The notes under the pieces were generated by a model. It searched no databases. It was not told the origin of the DNA and saw only the letters and a list, made by a program, of their open reading frames with translations. Both the position numbers and the translations under genes were made by a program. Positions 37,927 to 58,000 of a DNA stretch of 64,000 bases are shown here, piece after piece. Origin of the DNA: Macrostomum hystrix. Taxonomy: Eukaryota > Animalia > Platyhelminthes. How positions within the stretch are numbered: the stretch's first letter is position 1; each line of letters opens with the position of its first letter. The DNA lies in NCBI GenBank assembly GCA_950097015.1, contig CATNEN010000034.1, forward strand, positions 806,001 through 870,000. The letters are read 5' to 3'.

Positions 37927-40900
37927 AATCTATTAGCTAGCATATATATTTCCGGGCTGTCTGTGGTCAGAAACTCCAGTTAATAGAAGTTCTCACATGT
38001 TTTCACCGTGAGAGAGCTCCAGTCTCGGAAGTTGTTTTATAGCCAGGATTCCTAACGCGACTCTCCAGGAACCTTTGACAGCCGCAGCCCAGCGGGAAGT
38101 GCCGACAACTGGGGGCAGTGAATGAAGGCCCCACACAAAAGGTCTCTGAGGCCAGCAATGAGAGCAGCAGACTGCGCCAGCTTCCGGCAACACGAGAGCA
38201 GTGCGAAGAGTGGAAAGTGACTGAAGGCGTATAAGAATGCTAGAAAAAGCAGGCCGAGCAAATCTCCGCTCTCTCCAGGAAAATCCCTATTCGATTTAGA
38301 GGCCGCGAGCCACGCACCGCCGCACTTGTGTCTGCAGTAAAGACGTCACTCTAACTGCATTGGTTCATGCTCATCAGGCCAGCATTCTCCTGTCGTCCCG
38401 ATCATGAGTTTATTTTGACAAGCCCGTCATAAGCAGGCATTAGTGCTCCAGACAGTTATTCATCCAGTCCCTATAGAATTTTTGTTTTTTTTCAGACTGT
38501 TTGTCACCATTTGGATTTTCCCAGTTTGGCTAAATTTAGAATAACTTTCAGCTATTTATAGAAGAATATATTTTTTACGCCACAGCTGCAGCTGCTGCTG
38601 CTGCTGCTGCTGCTGGAAGCGGAAGGAAGTGCAAAAAATTATTAAGAAGTTTGCCATCGAATATATATGGCTTCCTTATTGATACTGAGCTGCTCCAAAT
38701 GGGTGTGTGCCTGGGGCGCAGTGAGATGAAGGTCGATGACGCGGAGGCATCAGTCAGTCATGATTTCTGATGCGCGCAGCCAATACGGAGAAAATCACTA
38801 TGGGCTGCAATTTCCTGTCCATTGAAGCGGCTGACGCAGATGCCAGGAAGTCTTCGCGCTGTGCGGCAGCTGCATGCGCTTGCACTCTTTCTGCACGAGC
38901 GTTAGAGCGTTAGGCCTTAACTGTATAGCTGCACTATCGAGTGAGTTGTGGCTGATTGATTGATTGCATTTGCAGTTCAGGATTAATAGTATTATCTGTT
39001 TTCCTACTCGCAATGCCCTTTTATTTAAGAGTATTTATGTTTTCTAAAATTTACATAATTCATGAACTAATAGCCAGTTGTAGTTATTGAGGTACAGTGT
39101 GAGCTTCTGTGCTTTTAGCATATAGCTACAGGACTTTAGCCACATTTCTAGAATTAAATAGTTAAAATATGCGGTTTTTCTATTAACGATTTTTTGTCAG
39201 TTTTTCTGAACGAAACAATAAAGTAGGTAGAATTGATGACCCGCGCACAAATTGGACGTAACATTTATATAAGCTTTTTCCTGGCACCGTTGCCAATAAA
39301 TCATGCGACCGTAATCTCAGGACATTTATATCAGGGAATATGCCTATGGTTTTATATTAAACGTAATCAGCCAGGAGACACCAGTGCGAAAATTTTATGG
39401 ATAATACGATTATCGTAGCCGTTTCTATCATTTGCCAAAATCAGTGGCGATTGGCCGCGTTCATGCATATACTCGTATCATCAATAAATACTCTTTTTTT
39501 ATTGGCTCCTTCCTTCTGGTGTATAAAGTAATACACCTTACTTACTTGCTCAGTGCATTTGGGGTCTAATTTCGCGTCTTGATGCAACTATAGCGGAGAT
39601 AGTTTCCTGTCTATATAGGATGACGACTGCCGAAGACGCGCCTGTCGAATTTATTCGTTAGACACATTTTTACATGCCATACCAAAATGTTTGCTTACAA
39701 ATCCTAGTTTATCAAAAGAAATTTATGGCTTGCAAACACTGAGGGTGATGCAGTAAGTTTACACACATCTCTGAATCAGAATCAGACTCGATTTTGAAAA
39801 AACATTGCATGGGAAAATATAATATATATGAACTATCTAAACCTAACCGGGTATACGATCAGTACGGCGCAAAGCAGCAACACGGTGTTGGAAATTCAGT
39901 ATATTATTGAGCAAATGAAAGTTAAAACCATTTTAAAGGTATCGACTGCATCTGCATGTAAATCCCACTAGAAAGTTAGGAAGCGAAATATTTTTTTATT
40001 AGCACGCTATTCATTTTACAATCTAACTGCATTTACTTCAGTGCATTGAAACTAAACGAAAAAAAACCGACCAGTTTTATCTGTTTCCAAAGTCAGATAT
40101 GCATAAATTCAGACATTATAATTCGGAATGAAAAATTCGAAATAGAGAAATCGCTTTTCTTCTAAATAATAATACTCATAAAGTAGACAGTAGTGTGACA
40201 CGTTTATTTACTAAGCAATTCGGTAACTGCAGGTTAAACATAACTTTAAAATGTTTTTCTCACTTTCTTTTAATTATATGCTTTGCACAGTTTAAATTCA
40301 TACATTCTTTTTACAAAAGATAAGGCAGTATTTGTTACTGTTAAAAACCTGATTCTAATAAAACTTCTTGTCAAAATACGAGTTTCAGTTTCAGTTCCGA
40401 TTCAAATCAATTATCATGATGCCAATTCGTCATGCAAATTGCATGATTCAACCTAGAGCATTATAAATATCACATGTCTAGTCAAAAGTAGGCCTAACCT
40501 GTATATGAACATAAATTTAATACTTATAACTTTAATTAGTAGTTATTATTATGAAAATAAATAAAAAAGAGAAACTGACAATAATAATATTAAATCACAT
40601 TAAAACGTGTGATGGTATGATTAGGCCTAGTTACTATTTTTTCATTCTATCTTAATCTGCTGTACTTATCAGAGCGCATTTCATTTATATACCTTAGGCA
40701 TTTAATAAAAGCTGAAACAGACAAATATAACATGGTGAATGCATATAGTTATGTAAATATTTTGCATTTTGTATACTTAGCTCAGCATAATATGGTAGGC
40801 CTATATTAATCAAATTTAAATTGATATTTTAATATCAGGTACCATGCATGCTAAACCCTAAAAATTTCACCTTTCTAGTGCAACTTAGTTTGTGTCCAGA

Positions 40901-41634
40901 TTTGCATTTTAACTCCTCCCCATTGCAACTTAGTTCCTTCCAAATGCGGCTTAGTTCCTCCAGATTGCAACTTAGTTCCTCCCAATTGTGACTTAGTTTG
41001 TCCCTTTTGCAACTTATTTCCTCCTGAATGCAACTTAATTTTCACTTTGTATTGTGACTCTTCTTTCCCTTTGCTCTTTTCTTATTTCTTTTCTTTCCTC
41101 TCATCTTTCCCCCTCTCTCTTCTCCCTCCTTTCTTTTCCTTTTCTCTTTTGCTTCTTTCTTTCCCCCCCCCCAATTCATATTTTTGATTTTGTGACTTAT
41201 CTTGGCAAATGGCCATTTCATTGGTCTGGTTCAGATGGGTTAAACAGGTGTTTGGCATGTATGTCAGGTATTGGTAATCTGCCATAGTCTGGATCATGTT
41301 GGCTGCAGGCCAGAAAAAGGTAACTAGTTGTTATTTGTCTGGTTAACCAATAATATAGGCCTAGGGCCTAATAACATGAAATAGATATTTCATGTGTTAA
41401 GTAGGCTAGCTAATAGCAATGCCTAAATGATTTAAAACATGTCTAGACTAGGGCCTAGCAAGCTATTTTCAAAGGGCTTTAAATATATATTTGATAATAA
41501 TATTTTATAAATATAAAATAGAAAAATGATGAGGAATTACAACTGAAATATTTCCAGTAACTACATAATTTATATTTTTCAAAACAGCTAACTAGTCCTA
41601 TACTTTTTGTTTCACTTATACTCTAGCTCTACAT

Positions 41635-42055
41635 GGTCCCAGGTCAGTTCAGTGACAACTATTTTTGCACCTAAATATGCTAAGAAAACAGCCTTCCACA
41701 ATCCAGCAGCTGCTTAAAGCCTGCACTCGCCTTGTCAATCCAAAACTTGAAAAATGTTTATTATACACATTTAATTAGGAACGAATAACTATTGAAACTA
41801 TTGACTAGGGCCTACTCATTAAATAATTTAATAATTTAACTCATTTAAAGTAAAACCCAGACTTTAACATAGCGATGCAGCTTCTTATTAATACTTTTAG
41901 CATTATTTAATTAATATTTTATATGTGTGCATAGTTAAAATGGAAGGCAGTTTTTTAGCATATTAAGGTGCAAAAATAGTTGTCACCAATCTGACCAATT
42001 GTGTCACCGAAATGACTGTCACCGAAATGTCTTGTCACCGAAATGACCTGGGACC
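41635..42055. mobile_element. Non-autonomous DNA transposon (MITE) with TIRs and 8-bp TSD
   Basis: Ends GGTCCCAGGTCA...TGACCTGGGACC. A second inverted pair of about 47 bp lies at about 41651-41698 and 41941-41987. The perfect TSD CTCTACAT is at 41627-41634 and 42056-42063. Confidence 0.9.
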
Positions 42056-43528
42056 CTCTACATTAACTTAAAGGAAGTTTTTAGACACCTATTTCTCTTT
42101 GTTTTTTAGTTTTATGTTAATTTTAGCTTAGACCCTATAATAGCTTTAATAAATTCACAAAGATAGACTTTTTGTGATTTAAGGGTTAAAACAAAATATT
42201 CAACATTTTTATCTTCTTATGTCATGTCTTATGTCTAAATTCTAAAATAAACATGTAAAACTTTTGTTTAGTCATTGTTAGAGGTATGCTTGACTTTGGC
42301 AATAGACTACAAGCAGTTCATACTGCTCATCAGTAGGAAGTCATAAGTACATAAAAGAGGGCAGAAGATTCAAAATAATGACACTAAACTTCTTAGAATC
42401 AGTCCAATTGAAAAATGTTATGAAAAGAAATATCTTTTCTAGCTTAAATGGTCACGTTTTCTAATGCATTACTAAAAGTGGCATAACATTTTTATTCCTT
42501 GACCAATTTCAATAAATGAGGCCATTTTGAAGTCATGTGACCAAGATTTATACAGCCAAGTAAAAAAGTACAAAAAAGCTTTCAAAACCTCACTGAAACC
42601 CCTAACTATGGTAACCATCTACTGAAGTACAAAGTAAAAGTTGAAGAATTAATATATAGGATTAATAGTTTTTATTTCTAAAGAAATAAGACTTGATATA
42701 CATTTTCTAAAGAAGAATTAAGATGAGTAATAAAGTTAATATACTATTACCTATATCTGTTTTTTGTATGTTTTAAACAAAGCCATTAGGAATTCAATGC
42801 CAGTTTTTATTCTCAAACCTTTATATATTATATATTAACTTGTTACTATCTTATTCAATCAGAAACTATTCCCCAGGAATAATTTTACTGTTAGTTATAT
42901 TTCCTATTGGTCATATCTCAAAATATGTGGATATCCTATAAAGAATACAAGCGTGTAGACAAATTTTTGATCTTAGGTGCACCAGGTCTATTTTCATCTA
43001 TAGATTTCCTTGAGTAGGTAGGATACTGTCCACACTTGCTCCAATTAAGGTTATACTTCATTAAGGTAATACTGAATCAGTTTAAATCAATTTATTTACC
43101 TTTGCAAAGTTCCTCATTATTTTTTTGTAGCTTCTGGCTTCAGATCTTTGACCTGAAGTACACGAGAACATTGAAAGTCAAATAAAAAAGATATTTTCAT
43201 AAGGCAATTTTAACACATTGTTAAGTAATCAAATTAAGTTAGTAACAATGCAAATTGAACAATGTAGAATATGTTGAATTTATTGTAGGTCATTTCTCAC
43301 CAGAATATAGTTTAATTTCATCGTGAGATATAGGAAAAAAAATTCCATGATTCATGGTAATATTTCCCATTTTTTTCATAATCGATTTTAGATTCTACAA
43401 AATGTATATATTATAAATATGTATTTATTGTAAAAACACTTTTTGTATAACTGGTTTATATGAAGTACAGTGAAAATATTACGTGGCTTTTTGCCTCATC
43501 TCTATATCGTACTTCAGCCGGCCAAGCA

Positions 43529-49482
<5,954 letters not shown>

Positions 49483-50778
49483 GCTTGAGCCCAGCCCTCG
49501 AACAATTCACGACAGGACGAAGAAAATACTCGAAATGGGAATTAAATTTGCTTTGGTCTGCTACTGTATGTGCTCCCATTTTATTTTAATTGTATGCAAG
49601 CTATTCTTCAGGCCTATACCATGTGCTCCATAGCTCTTTTTGATAAACTGTCTTTTCATATGCGTGTTTTAATCCAACTTCCAATGAGCACTCTATTTCT
49701 ACTGCTTGGCGGTTATCTAATTCTAAATTTTCAGAAAAACGCAGTAATTGTATTGTCCATTTACAATTTTACAGCACTGATATTTTACTGGCTGATTTTT
49801 ATACTTATTTTTATTATCAAAAGATAAATCAATATTCCCATATACTACTTTCGTTAGTAGCAGCGATTTTTTAAGAATTCAAATAAAATTCTTAGGGCAT
49901 CCAGAGCGAGACAATAAAATGCATAGTTAGCTTGTTTTCCATTGAGTGAAGTAGGTTCTTGACTAAATATATATATTTGCCTAGTTCTATTGTTAAGCTA
50001 ATTGATTTAATCAGATATCATTGATTGAATAGATTATTATATGTTTTGTCTCCTGTCTGAAATTCTTCTGATTCTAAAAGTGCCCAATTTTAGCTTTGTG
50101 TGTGTCCTAATGGTTTTACTTTAACATTCGCAGTTTTTCTTTCTTCAATCGCGCTAATGCGTTGAAAATTATTGTGTTTTTGTGTATTACTTATAATTCC
50201 TTGCTGTCCGCCTTGGCAACAACGGGAGGCCACAGGCGTCTTTAAGCTGCACCAGTTTGTATGTGTATTCTGTAAGTCTGGCTTTAACCATGTACTACTT
50301 GTAGTACGCTCTTTTATACTATATTCTAGATTTTTTGAGCCGATTGTGCGACTTAGTTATTGCGTAGTATTTTTTCACTAAGCGTATTTCCGGTTGTTTT
50401 TTGTTTTAGAAAAGATAATTTCTGTTTGATGCGCACATTAAAATTTCTCTCCCAGTTTTTATAAACAGAGACATTTTCTTGTGTAATTGTATCATTACTG
50501 ATTTGATTGCTGTACCCTTTTGACAATGTTTTATTCTTGACATTTGTGCGCTTAAAGGCTGTATCTAGGACTTTTGATGGACATGTTAAATAGGTAATTG
50601 TTTGTGCGCCTTTTTTCTGGACGCTTTGAACTTCATATTGATCGCCATGTTTATTAGGCTTTTCTGGAGAGGTAAGTCGTCTAAAATGCGCTAATCATTG
50701 TTTTAATTCTTATTAAGAAAAATGTGCGGAAGTGGAAGATTATTGTAGGCGACGACTCATGCTAGGTGCTAGGCAGAC

Positions 50779-51311
50779 AGAAAACGATCGATAAGAAAGG
50801 TTAGAGAGTAAGCTGGAAGTGTACTTTAAACTGTTCCTCAATGCCACTGCTCACGAGCCGGCTAGAAAACAATCGATAAGAAAGGTTAGAGAGTAAGCTG
50901 GAAATGTACATTAAACTGTTCCTCAATGCCACTGCTCACGAGCCGGCTAGAAAACAATCGATAAGAAAGGTTAGAGAGTAAGCTGGAAATGTACATTAAA
51001 CTGTTCCTCAATGCCACTGCTCACGAGCCGGCTAGAAAACAATCGATAAGAAAGGTTAGAGAGTAAGCTGGAAATGAACATTAAGCGCTGTTCCTCGAGG
51101 CCACGGCACTGGAGGCGGCTAGAAAACTATCGATAAGAAGGGTTAGAGAGTAAGCTGGAAATGTACATTAAATCCGTTCCCCACTGCACATGGGGTGGTT
51201 AGAAAACGATCGATAAGAAGGGTTAGAGAGTAAGCTGGAAATGTACATTAAATCCGTTCCCCACTGTACATGAGGCGGTTAGAAAACGATCGATAAGAAG
51301 GGTTAGAGAGT
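50779..51311. repeat. 80-87-bp tandem repeat, about 7 copies
   Basis: The ATAAGAA anchor is at 50791, 50876, 50961, 51046, 51133, 51213 and 51293. Confidence 0.9.
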
Positions 51312-52154
51312 TATCCTGCAATAGTTTTTATACTGCTTGTAGCAAGGACTAGACAGCTTTGCAATTCTAAATTGCCTATTGTTATACTCTTGTCTGCCAA
51401 ATTAATATAAATTAGTTGTTCTGCCGCCTCGCCGAAATTTTACTGAGTTCATATCCATAGCCTAAGGCAGAGCATGTATTGCCAATCGTGGTGTTTAACT
51501 GTGCGTAGCATCAACTCGGAAACTTCTCTTCTCAATCAAGCGTCCCATCCCTCCATTGTTGTTTTAATGCTCAGCTTTTTTTCTCCCCAACCAATTTTCA
51601 TTGTCGGGCTGTCTTAAAAACTTGGGTATGTTAAACACATTTTTTAAATATTTTATTGCTAAAGTTTTCACCAGTAACCGACTTTTTATTCATATATTTA
51701 CTCACTAGTTGCACCTTGTTATAAAAATGTGATCCAATTCCGCCGCTCCTGACTAAACTTGGCCTAAATTTTACTTTTTTTGTTTGCACACTGTCTGTCG
51801 CAACTTTAAAGTTAAATTCGGTGAATTAAAACTAAATAGGATAAAAAAGTATTTGCGTGCGCTGCTAATTTTTTAACCAAGTGAGACGCAGGGCAACCCT
51901 CGTCCTCACTACTGTCACCCCAGAGGAAGCTCTGTGGGTCGTTTTTTACTTAAAAATTGACGTTTTTTCTCGACACTACTTTTCGTCCGATGAGTTGCTG
52001 TTTGTTAAGAAAATATTTAAAATGTCTCGTTTTCGTCTTATTTATTTGCTTTAATTTATTTTGGATTCCATTTTAAATGGATAACATCTCGCTCCTTTTG
52101 TGTACATCCAAATTCATCGTGTACTTCCTCTCCTTTTGATCATCAGTTCAATCT

Positions 52155-53108
52155 CCTCCCGTGTGTACATTCCAGTCAGCACTCTCTCTCCCCGTGTGTA
52201 CATTCCAGTCCGCAATCTCTCTCCCCGTGTGTACATTCCAGTCAGCACTCTCTCTCCCCGTGTGTACGTTCCAGTCCGCAATCTCTCTCCCCGTGTGTAC
52301 ATTCCAGTCAGCTCTCTCTCTCCCCGTGTGTACATTCCAGTCCGCAATCTCTCTCCCCGTGTGTACATTCCAGTCAGCACTCTCTCTTCCCGTGTGTACA
52401 TTCCAGTCCGCAATCTCTCTCCCCGTGTGTACATTCCAGTCAGCACTCTCTCTCCCCGTGTGTATATTCCAGTCCGCAATCTCTCTCCCCGTGTGTACAT
52501 TCCAGTCAGCACTCTCTCTCCCCGTGTGTACATTCCAGTCCGCAATCTATCTCCCCGTGTGTACATTCCAGTCCGCAATCTCTCTCCCCGTGTGTACATT
52601 CCAGTCCGCAATCTCTCTCCCCGTGTGTACATTCCAGTCAGCACTCTCTCTTCCCGTGTGTACATTCCAGTCAGCACTCTATCTCCCCGTGTGTACATTC
52701 CAGTCCGCAATCTCTCTCCCCGTGTGTACATTCCAGTCCGCAATCTCTCTCCCCGTGTGTACATTCCAGTCAGCACTCTCTCTCCCCGTGTGTATATTCC
52801 AGTCCGCAATCTCTCTCCCCGTGTGTACATTCCAGTCAGCACTCTATCTCCCCGTGTGTACATTCCAGTCAGCACTCTCTCTCCCCGTGTGTACATTCCA
52901 GTCAGCACTCTCTCTCCCCGTGTGTACATTCCAGTCCGCAATCTCTCTCCCCGTGTGTACATTCCAGTCCGCAATCTCTCTCCACGTGTGTACATTCCAG
53001 TCCGCAATCTCTCTCCCCGTGTGTACATTCCAGTCCGCACTCTCTCTCCCCGTGTGTACATTCCAGTCCGCACTCTCTCTCCCCGTGTGTATATTCCAGT
53101 CCACACTC
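52155..53108. repeat. 33-nt minisatellite (CCCCGTGTGTACATTCCAGTCCGCAATCTCTCT)
   Basis: About 29 units. Confidence 0.95.
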
Positions 53109-53584
53109 TATCTTTCCTTGTAAATATGGATCCCAGTTATAACCCGGTGGCTTAGAGCATTGTTCAACGATCCGATGTTATTGATAGAAGTCCAGAAGAC
53201 GGCATTGCTTATTTCGTTTTATTAATCAGTGTATTTTTATATGGTTTTGCGTGATGGTCTAGCAATATGCTTGACCTGCCAGACTTATAAGAGGTATGTT
53301 ATATACGTAGCTTATATGATCAATGCCTGCTGTTTCAACACGGACTTTAGTAACGATTCACTTTGGCAGGCAATTGCTAAGAAAATTGCATAAGAACATG
53401 CATGTAACTTATTGGTAATGGATATATTGTGAGTAGTATGTGCAACAATAATAATAATTAAATATTGCTAACACGCAATCACAATTTGCAAGTTCTTGGG
53501 CTTCTGATAACAAGGTAATGGGTAAATTAATCAATTAGGACACTGAAAATTCAGTAGTATGCTTGCTTATCATTAGAAAGCATC

Positions 53585-53616
53585 TGATTGGCTAATAAGC
53601 GGAATCACGTGACGTG
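53585..53616. promoter_or_regulatory. Promoter-like cluster: inverted CCAAT plus overlapping E-box/CRE-like TCACGTGACGTG
   Basis: ATTGG at 53587 and TCACGTGACGTG at 53605-53616, upstream of the partial gene at 55044. Confidence 0.35.
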
Positions 53617-54089
53617 CGAGAAATCCAGTTAAGCATAGTGTTTCCTAGATGTGTGTTTGTGAAACCGATGAGGTTTCTCACTCCCCTACTTTAAATAGCG
53701 CATAATGCGTGCTGTCAAATTTTCACAACCGGCTAATTAATCCTGCTAGGATATGCTTTTAATCTAATTGCTTTCTGTTACTGACCAAAGACAAACATGT
53801 AGCTCATCAAATATTTACTATTCACTGCTCTAGGTGGCTAAATTTCAAACTAGAATCCCTGCTTGGAACTGCAGAGAACACTTTAATTAATGATATGAGC
53901 CAGCGCGAACAGATTCGTCTATGTTTCAGTGCCTTGACAGATCAATTACTTACTTTAGTCATTTATTAGAAATTTTTCTTACTCAATAATCGATAGGAAA
54001 ATACCTAGCTGCGAAGGCATTGCTGGGTGTTATTGGTATTAGCAAGTAAACACAGGGGGACAAAACGAACAGACAGCGGGCTTAAAATC

Positions 54090-54670
54090 TCATGTTCTAC
54101 CATAGCAATCTCATAGTCTACCATAGCAATCTCATAGTCTACCATAGCAATCTCATAGTCTACCATAGCAATCTCATAGTCTACCATAGCAATCTCATGG
54201 TCTACCATAGCAATCTCATGGTCTACCATAGCAATCTCATGGTCTACCATAGCAATCTCATGGTCGACCATTGCAATCCCATGGTCTACCATTGCAATCT
54301 CATGGTCTACCATTGCAATCCCATGGTCTACCATTGCAATCCCATGGTCTACCATTGCAATCTCATGGTCTACCATTGCAATCTCATGGCCTACCATAGC
54401 AATCTCATGGTCTACCATTGCAATCTCATGGCCTTCCATAGCAATCTCATGGCCTACCATAGCAATCTCATGTTCTAGCATTGCAATTTCATGGTCTACC
54501 ATTGCAATCTCATGGTCTAGCATTGCAATCTCATCGTCTACCATTGCAATCTCATGGTCTACCATAGCAATCTCATAGTCTACCATAGCAATCTCATAGT
54601 CTACCATAGCAATCTCATAGTCTACCATAGCAATCTCATGGTCTCCCATTGCAGCTTCATGGTCTACCAT
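54090..54670. repeat. 21-nt minisatellite (CTACCATAGCAATCTCATGGT)
   Basis: About 27 units. Confidence 0.95.
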
Positions 54671-55043
54671 AGAAATCTTGTTATTTCTCTCGCCTCTCTC
54701 TTTTTATCTACCATTGTAGATCAACAGGTAGATATATGCACATGTTCACTACTTGTCACTAGGTTTGTCCTTGTTTGGAAATCTTACTCAACAGCCACAG
54801 ACAGTTAGTTATAGCTAATGAAGTGTATAATCGAAGCATTTGCTAGACAACATCACCTTTAACATATAGCTAACAAAATCAGAGCTGATGCATCGACTGA
54901 GTGAGGATAGATGCTGGGAAAATGAGTAAATGTAAATAACAGTTAGCTAATAAATCCATTCACCTGCTGCATGTTGTCTTGCTGCTGTCTGTATAGAAAA
55001 AAACGTTTTTAATAACAGAAGCAAGACTAAATATTTTTACCAG

Positions 55044-58000
55044 TCACTTTTCGAGTTAACCAGCGAATCACAACGAATCACAAGAGTGAAAACTATCGCG
55101 AACATTCTGCCGCCTCACTGGACAGTGCTCAGCAGCAGAATCAGGAGTTGAACGCATCCAGCAGTAACAGCCGCACTACATTGGTCTGGCTGAGCTCGCA
55201 CAGTGGCAGCTTTTTCGACAACCGTCGGGCACCATTGACCTGCGGAATCGAGTTCAATGTAAGTTAATTAGTCTCAGGGGAGAAGTTTGTCTGTCTCCGC
55301 TGCTGATCCGTCTCAACTGCAAATGCAGTGGGGAAACACCACGGGGGTATTTCAAATACCCACTGCCTAATTCACGACGGCTCCCAAACCGAATGACCGA
55401 TTTTCGTGAAAGTCCGCCATATCGATCAGAATTTTCCGCCCTATATTACGATCAACTAACTGTCAAAGCCGTCTGACGTCAGCATCGTCTAGAGATTCGC
55501 GATGTCGAAGACCCCGGTGACTGACAACCCCGGATGTTCACCCGTGAAAGGCAGCAGAGGGTCTCCAAGAACTCTGCTCGACGATCTCCGATTCACGTTT
55601 CAAGATTCCACGGCGAGGCCACATTCACGCGGAGAGCAGGCTTGGGGGCTGGTCGTACAATTTACGCACTTGAGGGCCAACCTCCAAGGAACAGTGAAAG
55701 TGTACACTGCCTGTCGATGAGAAAGTCAAAGCCGATGTACACCCTAAGTGTGAGCGTATGCTTGCGTACAGTATCCGTGTGCGTGTGTGATCAGGAGTCA
55801 GCGGAATGCGCGGAATCGCAGCAGCATCAGCAAAAGCAGAAACAACAGCAGTAGCCGCAGCAGCAGCATCAGCAGAAGCAGAAACAACAGCAGTAGCCGC
55901 AGCAGCAGCATCAGCAAAAGCAGAAACAACAGCAGTAGCCGCAGCAGCAGCATCAGCAAAAGCAGAAACAACAGCAGTAGCCGCAGCAGCAGCATCAGCA
56001 AAAGCAGAAACAACAGCAGTAGCCGCAGCAGCAGCATCAGCAAAAGCAGAAACAACAGCAGTAGCCGCAGCAGCAGCATCAGCAAAAGCAGAAACAACAG
56101 CAGTAGCCGCAGCAGCAGCAGAAGCAGAAACAACAGCAGTAGCCGCAGCAGCAGCATCAGCAAAAGCAGAAACAACAGCAGTAGCCGCAGCAGCAGCAGA
56201 AGCAGAAACAACAGCAGTAGCCGCAGCAGCAGCATCAGCAAAAGCAGAAACAACAGCAGTAGCCGCAGCAGCAGCATCAGCAGAAGCAGAAACAACAGCA
56301 GTAGCCGCAGCAGCAGCATCAGCAAAAGCAGAAACAACAGCAGTAGCTGCAGCAGCATCAGCAGAAGCAGAAACAACAGCAGTAGCCGCAGCAGCAGCAT
56401 CAGCAGAAGCAGAAACAACAGCAGTAGCCGCAGCAGCAGCATCAGCAAAAGCAGAAACAACAGCAGTAGCTGCAGCAGCATCAGCAGAAGCAGAAACAAC
56501 AGCAGTAGCCGCAGCAGCAGCATCAGCAGAAGCAGAAACAACAGCAGTAGCTGCAGCAGCATCAGCAGAAGCGGAAACAACAGCAGTAGCCGCAGCAGCA
56601 GCATCAGCAGAAGCAGAAACAACAGCAGTAGCTGCAGCAGCATCAGCAGAAGCGGAAACAACAGCAGCAGCCGCAGCAGCAGCATCAGCAGAAGCGGAAA
56701 CAACAGCAGTAGCTGCAGCAGCATTAGCAGAAGCAGAAACAACAGCAGTAGCTGCAGCAGCATCAGCAGAAGCAGAAACAACAGCAGTAGCTGCAGCAGC
56801 ATTAGCAGAAGCAGAAACAACAGCAGTAGCTGCAGCAGCAGCATCAGCAGAAGCAGAAACAGCAGCAGTAGCTGCAGCAGCATTAGCAGAAACAACAGCA
56901 GTAGCCGCAGCAGTAGCATCAGCAGAAGCAGAAACAGCAGCAGTAGCTGCAGCAGCATTAGCAGAAGCAGAAACAACAGCAGTAGCCGCAGCAGCAGCAG
57001 AAGCAGAAGCTGAAACAGATCCAGCACCAACCCTTTAAGTTTCGTGTGTCCCACCCCATGACTAGCACGGCAAACGCAGCGTTGCCCAGTTAAACTGGGT
57101 GAAGGCAGGGCAGATAATGATGTCTGGGGTTGCGCTCGAGTCCCTGAGGCCGGATCGCGGTGAATGTGAGCAAAATAAATTCGGGCTAATGTAAGATGGG
57201 CGTCAGCTCGCCACCTCATTACCATCAGTGAATGATAAAATCTAAGCTATGACTTCTTGCCCGATGCACATACAGTGTGTGGCCAAGTCTTATCCCAGTT
57301 TGGTCAAGAATATAAGTATCCACGCACGTACTGACTCTGTGTCCTTTAGATGAGGGAATTTTTACAGCCAAAAAAGTTATTTTCGTTTTTTACGGTGAAA
57401 AATTCCAGTACCTTATATAAAAACCTCGCACTATAAACTTTTTATAATTGTTACATTCTTTAGCACAAACTAATCTTGGCCAACGTTACACTGTTGCTGC
57501 TGCGATTCTATATACTGTTCTTGCTACGATATCAAATATTGTTCTTGCTACGATTCCAGATACTGTTCTAGCTGCGATTTCAGATACTGTTCTAGCTGCG
57601 ATTCCAGATACTGTTCTATCTGCGATTCCAGATACTGTTCTAGCTGCGATTCCAGATACTGTTCTAGCTGCGATTTCAGATACTGTTCTAGCTGCGATTC
57701 CAGATACTGTTCTAGCTGCGATTTCAGATACTGTTCTAGCTGCGATTCCAGATACTGTTCGTGCTGCGATTCTAGATACCATTCTTGCTGCGATTTCAGA
57801 TGTTCTTGCTACGATTCCAGATATTGTTCTTGCTACGATTCCAAATACTATTCTTGCTGCGATTCCAGATATTGTTCTTGCTGTGATTCCAGATACTGTT
57901 CTTTCTGAGATTCCAGATAATGTTCTTGCTGCGATTCCAGATAATTTTCTTGATGAGATTCAAGAAATTGTTCCTGCTGCGATTCCAGATACTGTTCTTG

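Noticed and set aside
50779-51311. CRISPR-like repeat/spacer appearance
   Set aside because: The context is eukaryotic, there are no cas genes, and the first spacers are identical to each other.
52100-54670. RVYIPVRNLSP and MVDHEIA repeat ORFs
   Set aside because: These are stop-free minisatellite monomers with period divisible by 3, with no non-repeat coding context.
55787-57225. 400-475-aa Ala-, Ser- and Leu-rich ORFs (AAASAKAETTAV looks like type I antifreeze protein)
   Set aside because: They arise from a CAG-based array that is open in several frames on both strands. There is no signal peptide or usable splice path in the Ala frame, and the array sits inside an inferred intron (55750-57065).
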